Source of the DNA: Macrostomum lignano
Lineage: Eukaryota
Direction of reading: 5' to 3'
Assembly: GCA_002269645.1 (NCBI GenBank)
Contig: NIVC01001668.1
Span: 124,001 to 188,000, forward strand
Length of the DNA stretch: 64,000 nucleotides
The notes beneath the pieces are model-generated. The model ran no database searches and was not told the origin of the DNA. It saw nothing but the letters and a program-made list of their open reading frames with translations. How positions within the stretch are numbered: position 1 is the first letter of the stretch; every line of letters begins with the position of its first letter. Position numbers and translations under genes: made by a program. Below are positions 63,471 to 64,000 of this stretch, piece after piece.

Positions 63471-63911
63471 CATCTGCGGATGCTGCTGGAACGATGCCAG
63501 GAGAGCAGCGGCCAGCTCCTCCACTTCTTGCTCTGAGCTCTGAGTGCTGCTCACTCCAGAATCCTGATGAGCTTCCTCCTCTTCTTCATCCTCTTGTTCT
63601 ACGGCGTCGTCGTGGCGACCCTCCTCGGCCTCGGCAGCGGACATTTCGAGCAGTTCGACGTGCAAATCGTCGAGACCGCTGCCGGCTCCCCCGCCGCCGC
63701 CGAGGTGTCGGTCGCTGGCCGACGAAGACGGCGGAGTTGCCGACAAGGCCAGCTGGACGGCCCGGGCGATCAGCAGCGTCACGGAGGTCTCGGCCGAGCC
63801 GAACAGCCGGACGGCCTGCTCCCGGCTGCGCACCGCGGCGCCGTTGACGCGAAGGATCTGGTCGCCTTCGCGGATCCGACCGCACCTGCCGGCTATGCTG
63901 CCCGGTTCCAC
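62898..63911 (-). CDS. PDZRN3: PDZRN3/4 (LNX3/4)-like protein, terminal exon (C-terminal half of a PDZ domain plus the family C-terminal block)
   Basis: CCGCAG|GTG acceptor; GSIAGRCGRIREGDQILRVNG PDZ segment; DSGV motif; [28 protein letters not shown]...TTDDD; C-terminus LVSVNFV aligns with the family LLSVTTV. Confidence 0.88.
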
Positions 63912-64000
63912 CTGCGGATTGGGGGGCATCGGAAGCGGCTTTGATTTGAATTGGTCGGATTTGAAGGGTACCCTCGTGTTATCTGAGTTGTTAGGGGTTG

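Noticed and set aside
44290-63911. Operon-like trans-spliced cluster of three minus-strand genes
   Set aside because: Intergenic gaps are 4-10 kb and no spliced-leader evidence is visible in genomic sequence; co-orientation alone is insufficient.

Overview
Eukaryotic, intron-containing animal DNA. About 19 kb (roughly 30%) is tandem micro/minisatellite. This composition resembles a repeat-rich flatworm genome such as Macrostomum (inference only). Host genes: the first four coding exons of an L-type Ca2+ channel (Cav1) alpha-1 subunit (minus strand, 14589 to 1782, continuing off the left edge); two adjacent orphan type-I membrane protein genes (a 3-exon atypical Ig-domain receptor and a single-coding-exon Cys-rich protein) that share a diverged upstream module; a taperin/phostensin-like PP1-docking protein; an intronless prohormone convertase 2 (PC2) copy with two frameshifts in its prodomain; and the last exon of a PDZRN3/4-like gene. 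Mobile DNA: a full-length but disabled Ty3/Gypsy element (169-bp LTRs, CATTG TSD); a 251-bp hAT-type MITE nested in its pol, carrying a 64-bp eukaryotic 28S rRNA-like fragment that spans the R2/I-PpoI target site; a degenerate Merlin element 16 bp from the Gypsy; a 1.56-kb non-coding LTR element with a tRNA-Glu-like PBS; and two further MITE candidates. Most long ORFs in the supplied track are artefacts of stop-free repeat units. No CRISPR array or intact RNA gene was found.
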